A DNA stretch of 45,756 bases from a virus (Duplodnaviria > Caudoviricetes), in the IMG/VR virus record IMGVR_UViG_3300033076_001086, positions 1-45,756 of that record; one strand, 5' to 3'. Below are positions 33,384 through 43,927 of the stretch, piece after piece. Numbering within the stretch: position 1 is the first letter of the stretch; each line of letters starts with the position of its first letter. A program made the position numbers and the translations under genes. The notes beneath the pieces were generated by a model. It did not search any database, was not told where the DNA came from, and was given only the letters and a program-made list of their open reading frames with translations.

Positions 33384-33757
33384 ACCGCGGGCCCTATCTC
33401 AACGAACGTGTAGCCGGCCCACCCGTCTTGGGTGCTCCAGTCAGTCTCGCTTTGCGCCTCGTGCAGCTTGCCGCCGTAGATGAGCTGGTCCCCGCTGCGG
33501 TCGCGCCCGGGGGTCGAGATGGGGACGGGGGTGTACAGCATCGAGTGCGACTTGTTGAGGTCGAGTCCGAGTTGCTGGTAGTGCTTGCGGTCGATCGGCT
33601 GGAAACTGCCGATGATGGCCACAGGGTCCGCGTAGGTGGAGACCTGCCGCCCGGCCGCATTGGTGGAGCGGCCGGTCCACTGTTTGAGCAGCGGTGCCTG
33701 TGGTTGTATGACGCGCAGCGCCATCATGAGGATGTTTCCGCCTGGGACAAGCATCAT
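33380..33757 (-). CDS. Head closure / collar protein
   Basis: Synteny; GSFQP, R.GDQL...G, DW..QDGW. Confidence 0.7.
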   Translation of the reverse strand: MMLVPGGNILMMALRVIQPQAPLLKQWTGRSTNAAGRQVSTYADPVAIIGSFQPIDRKHYQQLGLDLNKSHSMLYTPVPISTPGRDRSGDQLIYGGKLHEAQSETDWSTQDGWAGYTFVEIGPAV

Positions 33758-34242
33758 TCCACCTGTGACGTGAGAGTGGCGAGCAGCAAGCCCGAATCAA
33801 CCAACGGTTTCTCGATCGTGGCCGCGGGGGGTGGCCCGCCCGCACGTAGCCGGCGTTTTCGGTCGGCAATCGTGGCCTGCGCGAGCGGCGGGGTCTGCAG
33901 CTTCGTGATCGTCTCGCGCACGTCCCCCTCGGCCTTGAGGCACAGACCCTCGAATAGCGCTGTGGGCTGGATCTCGCCGCGCATGACCATGCGGGAGAGC
34001 CCCGCCGACACCCGGGCCCACTCGCCCGCCTGTTCGAGCTCAGTGGGCCGAAAGAACGGCCGGGGCGGGATACCTTGCTTGGCGCTGCCGAGCTCCTGCA
34101 CGGCGGCCACGCCTGCCACGGGCGTGCCGTCGGGGTACTTGGCAGACGGGAACCATCCGACCTTTCCGGACTGCTGGCCGAGCTGGATCGCGGCCCCGAG
34201 GATGTGGCGCCGGGCAGGGCCGGCCACGCGGGTGACTTTCAT
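33754..34242 (-). CDS. Neck / tail-completion protein (start revised to 34242)
   Basis: KVGWF...[39 protein letters not shown]. Confidence 0.8.
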   Translation of the reverse strand: MKVTRVAGPARRHILGAAIQLGQQSGKVGWFPSAKYPDGTPVAGVAAVQELGSAKQGIPPRPFFRPTELEQAGEWARVSAGLSRMVMRGEIQPTALFEGLCLKAEGDVRETITKLQTPPLAQATIADRKRRLRAGGPPPAATIEKPLVDSGLLLATLTSQVE

Positions 34243-34688
34243 CGGAACTGCCCCCAAGCCCCACGGAAGCCCATGACGGGCGCCCCCGGGAAGTAGAAGC
34301 CGCCCGCTGCCTGCATTTCCAAGAGCTGCAGCAACGCTTGGCCGTAGGGGGTCAGGTTGAGCCAATAGCGCCATTGGCTCGTGCCATAGGGCGGCGAGGC
34401 CAGCGTCACCGACACCTTGTCGATCGTGGCACCCGTGGTGATCCCTGCAGCCCCTGCGCCGGCCGCGTTGAGGCAGGCCAAGGCCATGAGGTGCGCGGTC
34501 ATGTTCTGCAGCGCCAGGGCCTGCGCGCCTTCGCTCATCGCACCGCACGGCGACCACGTGGTCGGGTTCGTGATGTACAGGCTGGCCATGTCCCAATTGG
34601 TTTGGATGGTGGCCTCGGGGAATACCGTCGCGATCGCGAATTGCGGAAAGCGTTTCCGAAACTGCGTGACGTCGAGTTGAATGTCCAT
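34239..34688 (-). CDS. Head-tail adaptor (DUF4054-like; start revised to 34688)
   Basis: [21 protein letters not shown]. Confidence 0.82.
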   Translation of the reverse strand: MDIQLDVTQFRKRFPQFAIATVFPEATIQTNWDMASLYITNPTTWSPCGAMSEGAQALALQNMTAHLMALACLNAAGAGAAGITTGATIDKVSVTLASPPYGTSQWRYWLNLTPYGQALLQLLEMQAAGGFYFPGAPVMGFRGAWGQFR

Positions 34689-34701
34689 TGCGCATCCGAT
34701 C

Positions 34702-34739
34702 AAACAAAAGGGCCGGGGGTATGGTACGCCCCGGCCCTT
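34702..34739 (-). terminator. Intrinsic terminator after the head genes
   Basis: AAGGGCCGGGG / CCCCGGCCCTT stem followed by TTGTTT on the minus strand. Confidence 0.8.
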
Positions 34740-34761
34740 GACACCGTCAAACCGGTGGGGG

Positions 34762-35148
34762 TTATTTCGACTTGCCGGCCTTCGGCGTGCCCGCGCTCGA
34801 CGAAACCTTTTCGCCCTCGACCGCATCTTGCGGGACCAGCGGGGCGCTTCCGTCTCGGCTGGCCATGTCGGCGGCGAATTTCTCGGGATCGACTTTCTCC
34901 GGGCTGATCTGCACCCAGCCGGCCTTTTGATGCTCCTTGAACGCATCGCAGGTTTCGAGCCAGAGCTTTTCCTCATCGCTGATCGGCGTGACGACACCTT
35001 GGGGGGTCAGGATCGCACCGTTGGCGATGTTGGCACCACCGCGCACAAGAACCTGCGTGGTGATCTGTGGGAGGTCGTTGGCGCCGTTCACGTAATTCGT
35101 GTAGAGCTGGTCCGACGACAGGGTAGAGAGAACGAAATGCTTTTTCAT
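34762..35148 (-). CDS. Hypothetical virion protein (128 aa)
   Basis: AAGGAG RBS; directly after the major capsid gene. Confidence 0.75.
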   Translation of the reverse strand: MKKHFVLSTLSSDQLYTNYVNGANDLPQITTQVLVRGGANIANGAILTPQGVVTPISDEEKLWLETCDAFKEHQKAGWVQISPEKVDPEKFAADMASRDGSAPLVPQDAVEGEKVSSSAGTPKAGKSK

Positions 35149-35167
35149 GGCTGGGGACTCCTTACAG

Positions 35168-35199
35168 AGAAAGAAACCCGGCGCGGGTCAGGCGCCGGG
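35168..35199 (-). terminator. Intrinsic terminator after the major capsid gene
   Basis: CCCGGCGC-7nt-GCGCCGGG-TTTCTTTCT on the minus strand. Confidence 0.65.
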
Positions 35200-35210
35200 C
35201 GGGGAGGGCT

Positions 35211-36341
35211 TCAGATGCCCGAGCGGCGCACGATGGCAAACGGGCGCTTGAGCAGCACGCCAGCCGTAGCGTTCGAGTAGTCCTCGACCACACTCTTCGC
35301 GCGTTTCTCGGTGCCGAGGGCCTTGAACTTGGCCGGCACCAGCTGCGCCCAGGTTGCGCCGCCGTCGGTGCCGCTGTCTTGGACTGAGTCCGCGAACAGG
35401 TAGAACACGTTGGCGCCGCCGTTGGCTGCGTTGAACTCGGGGATGGAAACCACGCGGACGTTCGGGTAGGTTTCCTTGAGCCACTCCGCCACGCTGTTGC
35501 CAAAGTCCGAGGTAACGGACAGGTACTGTCGTGCGGCCAGGGCGACACCCAGCGTGATCGGGGTTTTCTCCACGTCGATCAGGCCCAGCGCTTGGTTCTC
35601 CAGGGCGGCCATTGCACCGCGGATATCGGCCGTGATCTGAAGGAACGTCTTGGCCGACCACGTACCGCCGGCCACGTTGACGTAGGCCGGCAGACTGGGG
35701 TCGTTCAAGATCCCGTAGGTGCGGTTGTTGCCGCCGTTGAAGCCCACGAAGGCGGTACTGTTGCGGCGGATGTCCAGGGCCAGGGCAGCAGCGTTGCGCT
35801 TTTCGGCTGCGCTGTTGATGTTGAGCTTCGAGGCGCGGGCTTCTTCCAGCACACCGACCTGCGTGCCTTTCTCCCAGCGCACCACCGTGCGGCGTTCCCA
35901 GGAGGGGTTCCACGACGCCAGGGGGATGCTGTTGTGGTCGCCGTAGAGCTGCGCGTCACCAGTGGGCTCGATCATGCCTTGGATGATTTCCTCATCCTCC
36001 CAACGACCGACCGTCTGGATGCCGATGAGGTCATCCGCACGGCGGGCCTGGGTGAGCACGCGCACGAGGCCGGGGAGCCACGATTGCAGGAACTGCACCG
36101 GGTTGGAAATGGTGGCGGTGGACACGAGGGGGGTCGTGTCGTCCATCGCGAAGCCAACGGAGTCGAGGCCGCTGTGGCGGATCATGTCGCGCACGTCGCG
36201 CGGCGAGATGTCCAGGCCGAACACGCGCAGGTCTTGCAGCGTGCCCAGCTGGATCGCCGAGACTTCGGCGGCGTCCATGGCAAGGCCAGCCGCGCGCAGC
36301 TCGCCCGGGCCGAAAGAGTGGAGGATTTGGGAGCGGTCCAT
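35211..36341 (-). CDS. Major capsid protein (DUF2184 / Bcep781-like)
   Basis: 376 aa; strong codon bias; AAAGGA RBS; G.A.LYGD, TYGILNDP.L, T.G.LLKRPFAI.R.SGI. Confidence 0.9.
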   Translation of the reverse strand: MDRSQILHSFGPGELRAAGLAMDAAEVSAIQLGTLQDLRVFGLDISPRDVRDMIRHSGLDSVGFAMDDTTPLVSTATISNPVQFLQSWLPGLVRVLTQARRADDLIGIQTVGRWEDEEIIQGMIEPTGDAQLYGDHNSIPLASWNPSWERRTVVRWEKGTQVGVLEEARASKLNINSAAEKRNAAALALDIRRNSTAFVGFNGGNNRTYGILNDPSLPAYVNVAGGTWSAKTFLQITADIRGAMAALENQALGLIDVEKTPITLGVALAARQYLSVTSDFGNSVAEWLKETYPNVRVVSIPEFNAANGGANVFYLFADSVQDSGTDGGATWAQLVPAKFKALGTEKRAKSVVEDYSNATAGVLLKRPFAIVRRSGI

Positions 36342-36387
36342 TTTGGTACGTCCTTTGGGATTGAAGAGTGGGGAGATGGACCGGGGG

Positions 36388-37083
36388 TCAGTTGCCGATC
36401 AGGCTGACGACGGCGAGGCCGGCAGCGAGGTTAGCGTAACGGACCACACGAGCGTTCGCAATGGCGGTCTCGCCAGCACCGGGGGCGCCCGCCAGGATGA
36501 CCCCGGTGGTGTCGTTGTACTTCAGGGCTGCGCCCACAGCTGCAGCGCCGGGCAGCGCCACGATGATGCCGGGGGTGTCCGTGCAGAACGAGCCAACGGT
36601 GCCGGCCAGGAGCGTCAGCGTGGGCGCCAGGGCGCCGCCAGCTGCCGTACCCGGGGTGCTGTACTCCTTGGGCGACATCAGAATGCCGCCAGGGACGCCG
36701 CCAGCGCCGCCAGGAACAAAGGTGCCGTCAGCGGGATCGATCGTGAACCAGCGCCCGACAACGAGGTTGGCCGCCGTGCCCTTGAGCACCCCGGGCTGCA
36801 CACGGCTGGAGCCGCCCGCGTCAAGGAAGAACTCACCGATAACGCCCAGCGCCAGAGTGGTGCCGATGGTCGTCTGAAAGGCCTGCGCGTAGGGCGCCAT
36901 GCGAACCACCGCGGCCATTTTCAGGTGCTGCCACAGGGCGAAGGCCTGGAAGCGCAGCTCGGCGACCTGCTCAACCGCGAAAGCCTTGGCTTGCGCCCAG
37001 CCCGACACGGTGGCGGCGGGCACGAGGGCCCACACGATGACGGCCAGCACCATCGCCAGCACAGAGAAAAAAGCGTTTTTCAT
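36388..37083 (-). CDS. Capsid cement/decoration protein with hydrophobic N-terminal extension
   Basis: Between DUF2213 gene and MCP; core AFQTTI...GVIGE...GIL..PKEY; GGAG RBS before 37083. Confidence 0.75.
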   Translation of the reverse strand: MKNAFFSVLAMVLAVIVWALVPAATVSGWAQAKAFAVEQVAELRFQAFALWQHLKMAAVVRMAPYAQAFQTTIGTTLALGVIGEFFLDAGGSSRVQPGVLKGTAANLVVGRWFTIDPADGTFVPGGAGGVPGGILMSPKEYSTPGTAAGGALAPTLTLLAGTVGSFCTDTPGIIVALPGAAAVGAALKYNDTTGVILAGAPGAGETAIANARVVRYANLAAGLAVVSLIGN

Positions 37084-37111
37084 GTTGAAAGCTCCGAAGT
37101 GTGGGGGTGGA

Positions 37112-38629
37112 TCAGGCGGCCGAAACTCGCTTGAGCATGCCGGCGACCAGACCGCCGGGCACGATCGCGGCGTCCATCGCCACGGTGCGCGTGTCGGCAG
37201 CGGGGGCGGCCTTGGGGGCGGCCTTCAGGAAGGCGTCCAGGGCGTACACCGCAGCAGCGGCGGGCACGTCGCCCAGGCCGATCGCCTCGTGCTTGCACCC
37301 GTAGGCGGCGACCTCGGCCGAGGTCATCTCGGCGTGATCGAAGGTGCCGATAACGGGGGTGAGGCGGGCCACCAGTGCATCACGGACCGCAATGTCCTTG
37401 AGCACCTCACGGGTGCTGTTGGCCTTGAACTCGGCCAACTGCGTGGACACGGTCTTGAGCGCAGCATCCATGGCCACGGCTTTGTCCTTCATGTCCTCGA
37501 CTTCCGCCGTCAGGGCCTCGGCGGCGGGCTTGGGCTCCTCGCCGGCCGGTTTGGCCGTGGCCGCCATGGCGGCGTTGAGGGCGGCCACCTGGGGGGCCAG
37601 CTCTTTCAGCATCTTGACGGCATCGGCCAGGGTCATACCTGCCCCGGCGTCGCCTTCGTCTGCTGCGGGTTTCTTTTCCGGATCAGCCATGATGAGTTCC
37701 TTTGCGTCGAATGAAAATGTGAATTGGTCCATGACAGCCACGTCGGCGCCCATGCGCCCTTGTTTGACCAAGGCCAAATGGTTGCCCCTGATCTGACGTT
37801 GCACGGCGTCATACGCTTGGCCCTCAAAGACCCCCGGCGTAAAGTCATACCGGCAACGATAGCCCGCTGAGAGTTCGCGCTTTCCGGCGTCGATAAGTTC
37901 CGCGAGACTGTCTGAAAACGTTTTGATATTACCGTACAAAACGCCATCTTCAAAAAACACCTGTTCCCCGATGACCCCGTGCACCCCTTTTGCCTCGGCG
38001 GGCAACGCGGTGTCCATGACCTTCTGGAAGGCCGGGCCGATCATCGTGTGGTTGTCCACCCAGGGGAGCAGCTTGAAGGATTCGATGCACTCGGGAGAGG
38101 CCAGCTCCTCGGGCGGGCGCAGCACAAGGTACGTGCGCTGGGCGTCCTCCCCGGTCTTACCGAGCTGGGCGCCACTGTACGGAAAAACGCCAACCTTCGA
38201 GATGGGATTTTTCTTGACCTCGAACCAGCCGTTGCCGTCGTACTGGCGAGCGCTGAGGGTGTCGGTAGCGGCGGACATGGGGAGCAACAGAGGGGCTAGG
38301 CCTGGGTGTAGAGGCGTGGGCAGATCAGAGAGCGGCGCCCACACGAAGCCGCGATGCTCGGAATTTAGCACGGGATCGAACGGAGCGGGTAGTCTGACCC
38401 GGAACGTCGCAAAGTGCCCATCGTCGTGCATGGGGAGCAGCGGAAGCTGGGAGGGATCGAAGCCGACCTCCTCTTGGCACTCTCGAATGGCGGCCTCGCT
38501 CGGCGTCTCCCCCGGTTCGATCTTCCCGCCCGGCAGGCCCCACGTGCCCGGTTCGTCGCAGTCGTCGCCGCGCAACAGCAGCAAGACTTGGCCCGCGGCC
38601 AGGAACAGAATTCCGGCTGCGTAGGTCAT
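37112..38629 (-). CDS. Nudix hydrolase fused to DUF2213 prohead protease/scaffold (start revised to 38629)
   Basis: Nudix box [23 protein letters not shown]; then [29 protein letters not shown]; helical scaffold-like tail. Confidence 0.88.
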   Translation of the reverse strand: MTYAAGILFLAAGQVLLLLRGDDCDEPGTWGLPGGKIEPGETPSEAAIRECQEEVGFDPSQLPLLPMHDDGHFATFRVRLPAPFDPVLNSEHRGFVWAPLSDLPTPLHPGLAPLLLPMSAATDTLSARQYDGNGWFEVKKNPISKVGVFPYSGAQLGKTGEDAQRTYLVLRPPEELASPECIESFKLLPWVDNHTMIGPAFQKVMDTALPAEAKGVHGVIGEQVFFEDGVLYGNIKTFSDSLAELIDAGKRELSAGYRCRYDFTPGVFEGQAYDAVQRQIRGNHLALVKQGRMGADVAVMDQFTFSFDAKELIMADPEKKPAADEGDAGAGMTLADAVKMLKELAPQVAALNAAMAATAKPAGEEPKPAAEALTAEVEDMKDKAVAMDAALKTVSTQLAEFKANSTREVLKDIAVRDALVARLTPVIGTFDHAEMTSAEVAAYGCKHEAIGLGDVPAAAAVYALDAFLKAAPKAAPAADTRTVAMDAAIVPGGLVAGMLKRVSAA

Positions 38630-38787
38630 GCTGCGATCCCGGTAATACTTTGGGCCAGGAACACGATGGCCGCCACGAACCACAGTGCGCCCTGCAGGTC
38701 TCGCTGTCCGTCGTGCTTGCTGGCGATCGCCGCCATGCCGAAAGAAGCGCACGTAAGGGCGATGATGGCGCTGGCAACAGGGCTCAT
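38626..38787 (-). CDS. 53-aa protein with two hydrophobic segments (not in ORF track)
   Basis: Hand translation [53 protein letters not shown]; ATGA overlaps at both ends. Confidence 0.65.
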   Translation of the reverse strand: MSPVASAIIALTCASFGMAAIASKHDGQRDLQGALWFVAAIVFLAQSITGIAA

Positions 38788-39680
38788 TCTGCGGTCTCCG
38801 TTTCGGTGGGGGTTTCTTCGTCCTCAAAGACGAACACGGGGGACATTGTGCATCGGCAGTTGGGCGCTTGCCCAGGGATTCCGCGCTCGCCCGTGCGTTC
38901 GTCAATGACCGGCAGGTCGTCAAACGAGTAGACGTTGCCGTCCATGGCGATGTGATCCTCCCGGGGGTGGGCGCCTCCGCCGCTGTGGTGCCACTTGAAT
39001 TTTTTGATCCCGATGGCTTGCATGCGGCCCTTGTTGATCGAGTTGTAGGCCTTGCGTGTCTGATCGAGCGCGATGTTCCGCGCCCGGCGGTGGGTCTGCC
39101 CCTCGTACTGCTGCAGCGCGGGGATCAGATCCTGTAGGCCGTTCCCGGTGGTAATACTGCGCATGACTGCGCCTTGCACCTTGTCGAGATACTCGCTGGC
39201 AATCGACTTGATAAGCCCCACGTTCTCGGTGACGCTCGCTTTGTAGACGTTCTCCAGGGCGGGCGTCATGACGTTCGTTTTCAGGCTCATGCCGCCACTG
39301 AGTTTCTCCAGGCTACTGTGCGTGGCCGAGGCAGACGCGCGGTCAGCCTGCCGTACCATGCGATCGGCCAGGATCTTCGCCCGCTTGTTGAACAGGTCTT
39401 GGAATCGAGCCTGCAGCGAGTTGACCAGAATCCTCGCCTCGCTGGCCACGCTGCGGGCGTCGGTGGCGAAATGGGCGCTGGCGGCCTCGCCCTCGAATAG
39501 CCGCTTGATTTCGCGCGTGACCTGCGCGGTCATCTGCGCCGTGAGTGACCCCAAGGCATTGACGTACCGCACGCCGACTCCGGCCGGGTTGTTGAGCGTG
39601 GTCCCCTCAAACGTTGGGGGCTTCACGCGCTGAGACGCCCACAGGTCTCGCTTCTTGGTGAGCCGGACGGTGGGTTTCAC
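38784..39680 (-). CDS. Minor head morphogenesis protein (MuF / SPP1 gp7 family)
   Basis: [14 protein letters not shown]...[14 protein letters not shown]. Confidence 0.9.
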   Translation of the reverse strand: MKPTVRLTKKRDLWASQRVKPPTFEGTTLNNPAGVGVRYVNALGSLTAQMTAQVTREIKRLFEGEAASAHFATDARSVASEARILVNSLQARFQDLFNKRAKILADRMVRQADRASASATHSSLEKLSGGMSLKTNVMTPALENVYKASVTENVGLIKSIASEYLDKVQGAVMRSITTGNGLQDLIPALQQYEGQTHRRARNIALDQTRKAYNSINKGRMQAIGIKKFKWHHSGGGAHPREDHIAMDGNVYSFDDLPVIDERTGERGIPGQAPNCRCTMSPVFVFEDEETPTETETAE

Positions 39681-41209
39681 ACCAAGTCCTCATCCAGCGG
39701 CTCGGCAACCTCTATGCCGTCATACCCGCCCGTCTTGTCCTTGGACCACTTGATCCGCACATCCGATCCGTCGATAGCGCCAGTGCCCACGAGGATGGCG
39801 TCTGTCTCCGCCTTGGTCTTGTTGACCGCGGCTTGCTCCTCGGCCGTGAGGCTGTCGAGCGGGTGGAACACCACATCAACCGCGAACGGCCGCACGGTGC
39901 CTGCCAAGCGAGGCAGCACCTCGGAGCGGATGACGCACATGTGGTGCCGCTCCATGAGGGGCAAGAGATCCTCGGTCTGGATGGCTTCGAGCTCCTCGTG
40001 GTAGTTCGCCTCCTCGTACTCGCCCGTCGAGTTGAAGCCCTTGGGCGTGGTGCCGAGGAGCTTGGTCGCCGGGATGTTGCACGCCGCGGCCACGAGCTGA
40101 TATTGGGTCATGATCGTGGCGTCCAAGTCGGCCAGCCCCGTGTCGTGCTGCTCGATCTTGTCTGCGTCTTTGTCCGCGACCTGCACCCCGTAGTTATCCC
40201 GCAGGCCCGCCCAGGTCATCAGCTTTTCGGAGAACTTGGCTAGGTTGGACAGCGCCTTGGCTGAATCCGTGTAGAAGATAGTGGACCGCTTCGTCAGCAG
40301 CAACTGCGGCGACTCATTGGCGCAGCGCTCGGCCGCATACACCCGCTCAAAGATGAGCTGTGGCACCGACATTCCGCCGTAGAGGTAGGAGGGCTTGAGG
40401 ATGTCGGGAACCTCCGGGCCTTTCATGATGACAAGGTGCGAGCGATGCACCCGCTGGCCGTTGACAATCCAGTAGGTCGGCTCATAGAACTCCACGGACG
40501 TCGGGTCCATAGCGCCAGACGTGGACAGCTCGGGCGCCAGCCAATAGGGGTCGATCTGCACGATGCCTCGATAGCTGTTGGGCCGAATGCCGTCCGGGTT
40601 GAAGGGCTTGACGTAATACTCCGGGTCGGTGGACTCGACCTTGAACATAGCCACACGGATGCCGAACACGCGGCCCATCTTCACAAACTCAATCATGTTC
40701 TTGCGCAGGCGAAACTTTTTGTCCGCCCGCTCGATCATGGCCAGAACCTCCACGGGGTTGACGCCTTCGATTTCGGGGACGTTGACCTCGTACCCCTTGC
40801 GGATGGCATCTCGGGCGGGCACGAGGCAGGCTTTGTTGACCAGCCACTGCTGCGCGATGAGGGCGCACATCTGGTACCCGATGAACCCTTGCGACCCGTA
40901 CCAACCGAGCTGCACTGTGGGCACGCCAGACTCGCCAAATTGGTAGAGGGCCTTGATTCCCCCTGGCGCGTCCGCGCTGTCCATGGCCGCCGCCACCTGA
41001 GTGACCGGGTTGTAGACCCGCGTGCGCGCCAGCGCCTGGGTGAGCCGCATCTGAATTTTCGATAGGAGGGTTTCCCGAGAGACGCCGATTGCGGGTTGCG
41101 GCCCATCGTCCTCGCGTTCGGTGGTGAACTCGGGTTCCGGTGCCTCGCGGGGTTCGGGCGCTGGCTCCGATCGCGTGATGAATTTCCAAAGCCGTCCGAA
41201 CATGGTCAT
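39677..41209 (-). CDS. Portal protein (DUF1073 family)
   Basis: Directly after TerL; [28 protein letters not shown]. Confidence 0.88.
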   Translation of the reverse strand: MTMFGRLWKFITRSEPAPEPREAPEPEFTTEREDDGPQPAIGVSRETLLSKIQMRLTQALARTRVYNPVTQVAAAMDSADAPGGIKALYQFGESGVPTVQLGWYGSQGFIGYQMCALIAQQWLVNKACLVPARDAIRKGYEVNVPEIEGVNPVEVLAMIERADKKFRLRKNMIEFVKMGRVFGIRVAMFKVESTDPEYYVKPFNPDGIRPNSYRGIVQIDPYWLAPELSTSGAMDPTSVEFYEPTYWIVNGQRVHRSHLVIMKGPEVPDILKPSYLYGGMSVPQLIFERVYAAERCANESPQLLLTKRSTIFYTDSAKALSNLAKFSEKLMTWAGLRDNYGVQVADKDADKIEQHDTGLADLDATIMTQYQLVAAACNIPATKLLGTTPKGFNSTGEYEEANYHEELEAIQTEDLLPLMERHHMCVIRSEVLPRLAGTVRPFAVDVVFHPLDSLTAEEQAAVNKTKAETDAILVGTGAIDGSDVRIKWSKDKTGGYDGIEVAEPLDEDLV

Positions 41210-42834
41210 ACCTCTTGATCAAAAAAGCCTCGGCGTACAGGCTCGCCGGGCGCGTGGAGAATCATAACGGCGTCGGCCAAGTTCGGCGACTTCATGCCGT
41301 CGGGGGCCTTGTTGATGAGAAGCTTTCCAGTACCGTCCTCTTTGTAGGTCGGCTGGCTCAGCTCGACAATCAAGGCCTGCAGGTCCGGCAGGCGACTTGA
41401 GATAGAGATGATTTCATCCGGGTCGAACGGGTGGCCCTGCACCACGGCACGGTAGGTGCGCAGGAACTTGAGACGCAACGTCCACCAACCTTGAGCCTTC
41501 AGGTTCTTGAAATAGTCTTCGTTGGTCCGTTCCTCTTTGTCCCGTTCGTCGTTGGGGTCCACCTGGGGGATCTTGCCCTCGGGGTCCACAACCTTGGCCG
41601 ACCCTCGGAACGGGATGACCGTGATCTCCCGTTGGTCGCGCTCGGTGCGGGCCTCGTTGATGACCCGGGCATCCCCTCGCACCCCTGCGCCCAGGCCGTC
41701 GGCGTCATACCGAAATTCCGTGTAGCCCTCGGAGTCGCACACCTCGAAGGCCCGCTCGGTGGTGCCGAAAATGTCATCCCCCTTGCCGCTCCACGAGTCG
41801 AGGAACTCCAGCAGAATCCCGCGGCCCCCTGCAAACGCGTTCATGTCCTTGCCTTCGTCCGCAACGTCGAGCGCCCCGCGGCGCTTGCCGGTCGGGTTGA
41901 TGCCGAGCTTCACGTGGGCGTCTACCGCCGCTTGAATCCACGCGGACGGGATGACCACGCCCTCTACGCTGGCGTTTTCGTCAAGGTCATACTCTTGGGC
42001 GATGACGCGAACGTCCTTAGTGGCCTTCAGGTTCTCGTACCACTCCTCGGTCTTTCGGGGGTCGTCGCGCCAGTGGATCGTAAAGACCCGGCCCGCTTCC
42101 CAGGTCCGGCGCTTGATGGAAAACGGCGTGTCGCTGCCCTTGACCGATGACATGTCGATCCGGCAGTTGGTGGTGGCGCTCAACGATTCGTCCGCCAGCA
42201 AGGGCCGCTCCAAGTGCGCCGACTCATCAACGAAGTAGATGGCGCAGCGGTCGCCGCGGCCAATGTTGTCGCCCGCCTCCCCCGAGATGACGCTATCCGT
42301 CCCGGGAAACGTGATCCGCATGTATGCGCCGTGCTTGGCTTTGTTCCACCCGTTTTTGAACTCGGGCGGGAGGTTGTCCAAGAACACTCGGGCCTTGTAG
42401 AACAGGGATTTTGGACTGCCCAGCTGATCCACGTACTGCTCTTTGCGCGACCCGAAGCCGATGGCCATCCCAGGGTAGAACAGGCACAGCGTGCAACTGA
42501 GGGCGATGGCGCACCAAGAGGCCCCGGTGTCGCGAGACTTGGGGACGATGCCGTCACTGCTGTCCTTCCACTTCGCAACGATCCATTGCATGAGCTCGAC
42601 TTGCTTTGGGAACGGAATGAACGGGATTGTGGCTGGCAACCCCCGCTCGATGTTCCGAGGGTCGTAGGTCATACCCCAATCCTCGATGAACTGCCAGGGA
42701 TGCAAGCGGTAGTACGCCTTGAGCATTGAGAGCTTCTGGCCAGACTGGTCGTTTCGCAACTGCTGCAGCATGTGCAGCCGCCGCTTGAACACCATTGCGT
42801 AGTCTGGGTTGACGAAATCGAAGCCTTCGATCAT
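41206..42834 (-). CDS. Terminase large subunit (start revised to 42834)
   Basis: [40 protein letters not shown]; GGAGG RBS and ATGA overlap. Confidence 0.92.
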   Translation of the reverse strand: MIEGFDFVNPDYAMVFKRRLHMLQQLRNDQSGQKLSMLKAYYRLHPWQFIEDWGMTYDPRNIERGLPATIPFIPFPKQVELMQWIVAKWKDSSDGIVPKSRDTGASWCAIALSCTLCLFYPGMAIGFGSRKEQYVDQLGSPKSLFYKARVFLDNLPPEFKNGWNKAKHGAYMRITFPGTDSVISGEAGDNIGRGDRCAIYFVDESAHLERPLLADESLSATTNCRIDMSSVKGSDTPFSIKRRTWEAGRVFTIHWRDDPRKTEEWYENLKATKDVRVIAQEYDLDENASVEGVVIPSAWIQAAVDAHVKLGINPTGKRRGALDVADEGKDMNAFAGGRGILLEFLDSWSGKGDDIFGTTERAFEVCDSEGYTEFRYDADGLGAGVRGDARVINEARTERDQREITVIPFRGSAKVVDPEGKIPQVDPNDERDKEERTNEDYFKNLKAQGWWTLRLKFLRTYRAVVQGHPFDPDEIISISSRLPDLQALIVELSQPTYKEDGTGKLLINKAPDGMKSPNLADAVMILHAPGEPVRRGFFDQEV

Positions 42835-43604
42835 GCCTCCCCCTTCGTCCACTGCTGGTACATGAGGGCGAGTTTGTTGGGGTCATCCGGCAGCACCTCG
42901 GCCACATCCACGACGTCGCCGCCTGCGCGCCCGTAGCCGCCCTGTGGGGGCGTTGGGCCGTCCTTGGAGGTCATGCGCAGATAGTCGCTGATGTTTTTCC
43001 ACATGGCCGCTTGATCGTGCATGAGAACCTGTATGCCGTCCTTCGTCACCTTGACGCCTGCGAACAAGGCCCGCTCCGGCCCGGTGAGTGTCGAGCTGTC
43101 GGCGATGAACACGTCTACCACGCCTTCGCCCAGGCAGCGGGGGCAATCCGGGCTCGGGTCGGCATTGAACGTGAACCCCATGCCGCCCGCCCCGTCTGGA
43201 AACTCAGGGCGCTTTTCGTCGCGCTTGGTCGGCCGCCATTCGAGCACGTCTTTGACGCGCTGGGCGTACTCCCACTCGGTCCACTGGTATTTGTGGTCCT
43301 TGCCCCAGCAGTGCCGGCAGTTGAGGCGGCGAACGCGGATGAGCTTGGAGGGGTCGGCGGTGGCCACATCCAGCCACTGTTTCAGCACGAGGGCCGGGCT
43401 GATGTTGGCCAGCTGAGCGACGGCGGCCCGGCGCTCCTCAATGGCCGCCAGGACAGCAGGATCTGCGAGGAGCTTGGCAACGGCGTTGCTCGCGGTGCCC
43501 ACGCTGAATCCAGCGTTCAAGGCGGCCTCGCGAGGGCTGGCCACATTGGTCTTGGCCATCTCCTCAATGAATCGGTGGGTGCGTGGGAAGCGTAGGAGGT
43601 TCAT
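42831..43604 (-). CDS. Terminase small subunit with Zn-finger insert
   Basis: AALNAGFS...A...L HTH-like start; CRHCWG...CPRC.GEG; LFAGVK..KDGI; upstream of TerL. Confidence 0.85.
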   Translation of the reverse strand: MNLLRFPRTHRFIEEMAKTNVASPREAALNAGFSVGTASNAVAKLLADPAVLAAIEERRAAVAQLANISPALVLKQWLDVATADPSKLIRVRRLNCRHCWGKDHKYQWTEWEYAQRVKDVLEWRPTKRDEKRPEFPDGAGGMGFTFNADPSPDCPRCLGEGVVDVFIADSSTLTGPERALFAGVKVTKDGIQVLMHDQAAMWKNISDYLRMTSKDGPTPPQGGYGRAGGDVVDVAEVLPDDPNKLALMYQQWTKGEA

Positions 43605-43609
43605 GGTGC

Positions 43610-43644
43610 GCGATTATCGACCGGTTGCGTGCGATTATCGACCG
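43610..43644 (-). repeat. Tandem 14-bp direct repeat upstream of terS
   Basis: GCGATTATCGACCG at 43610-43623 and 43631-43644 (21-bp period). Confidence 0.85.
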
Positions 43645-43679
43645 CTTCTTAATGACCACACGGTCAGTAAAACGCCGTC

Positions 43680-43875
43680 GCTCTCAGTATGCATACTTTG
43701 TGTAGTTTCGTGTAGTTTTCGAGTAACCCTAAGTCGTTGATTTTCTTATAGTTTCTACCCTTTTTACCCTTTACTCTAACTTCTACTCTACTCCATATAA
43801 GAAATACTATACTATGTATGCTGTATGTATCGTATAGTAGAGGCATCATACAGCATACATATCATATAATTTCCT
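43680..43875. other. AT-rich non-coding region, candidate replication origin or packaging site
   Basis: Only long AT-rich tract in the window; palindrome AGTATGCATACT (43686-43697); IHF consensus match (43730-43742); perfect 15-bp inverted repeat 43813-43827 / 43847-43861. Confidence 0.65.
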
Positions 43876-43927
43876 AGGCCGACATCAGGAATCCCGTTTG
43901 GTGTACGATTTTCGTGTAAAACACTCT

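Noticed and set aside
39677-41209. Anti-CBASS Acb1 label sometimes transferred to DUF1073 proteins
   Set aside because: Size and position after TerL indicate a portal; no separate phosphoesterase domain is evident.
43664-43849. 61-aa ORF in the AT-rich region
   Set aside because: Composition and codon use are unlike the other genes; the region is better explained as cis-acting DNA.
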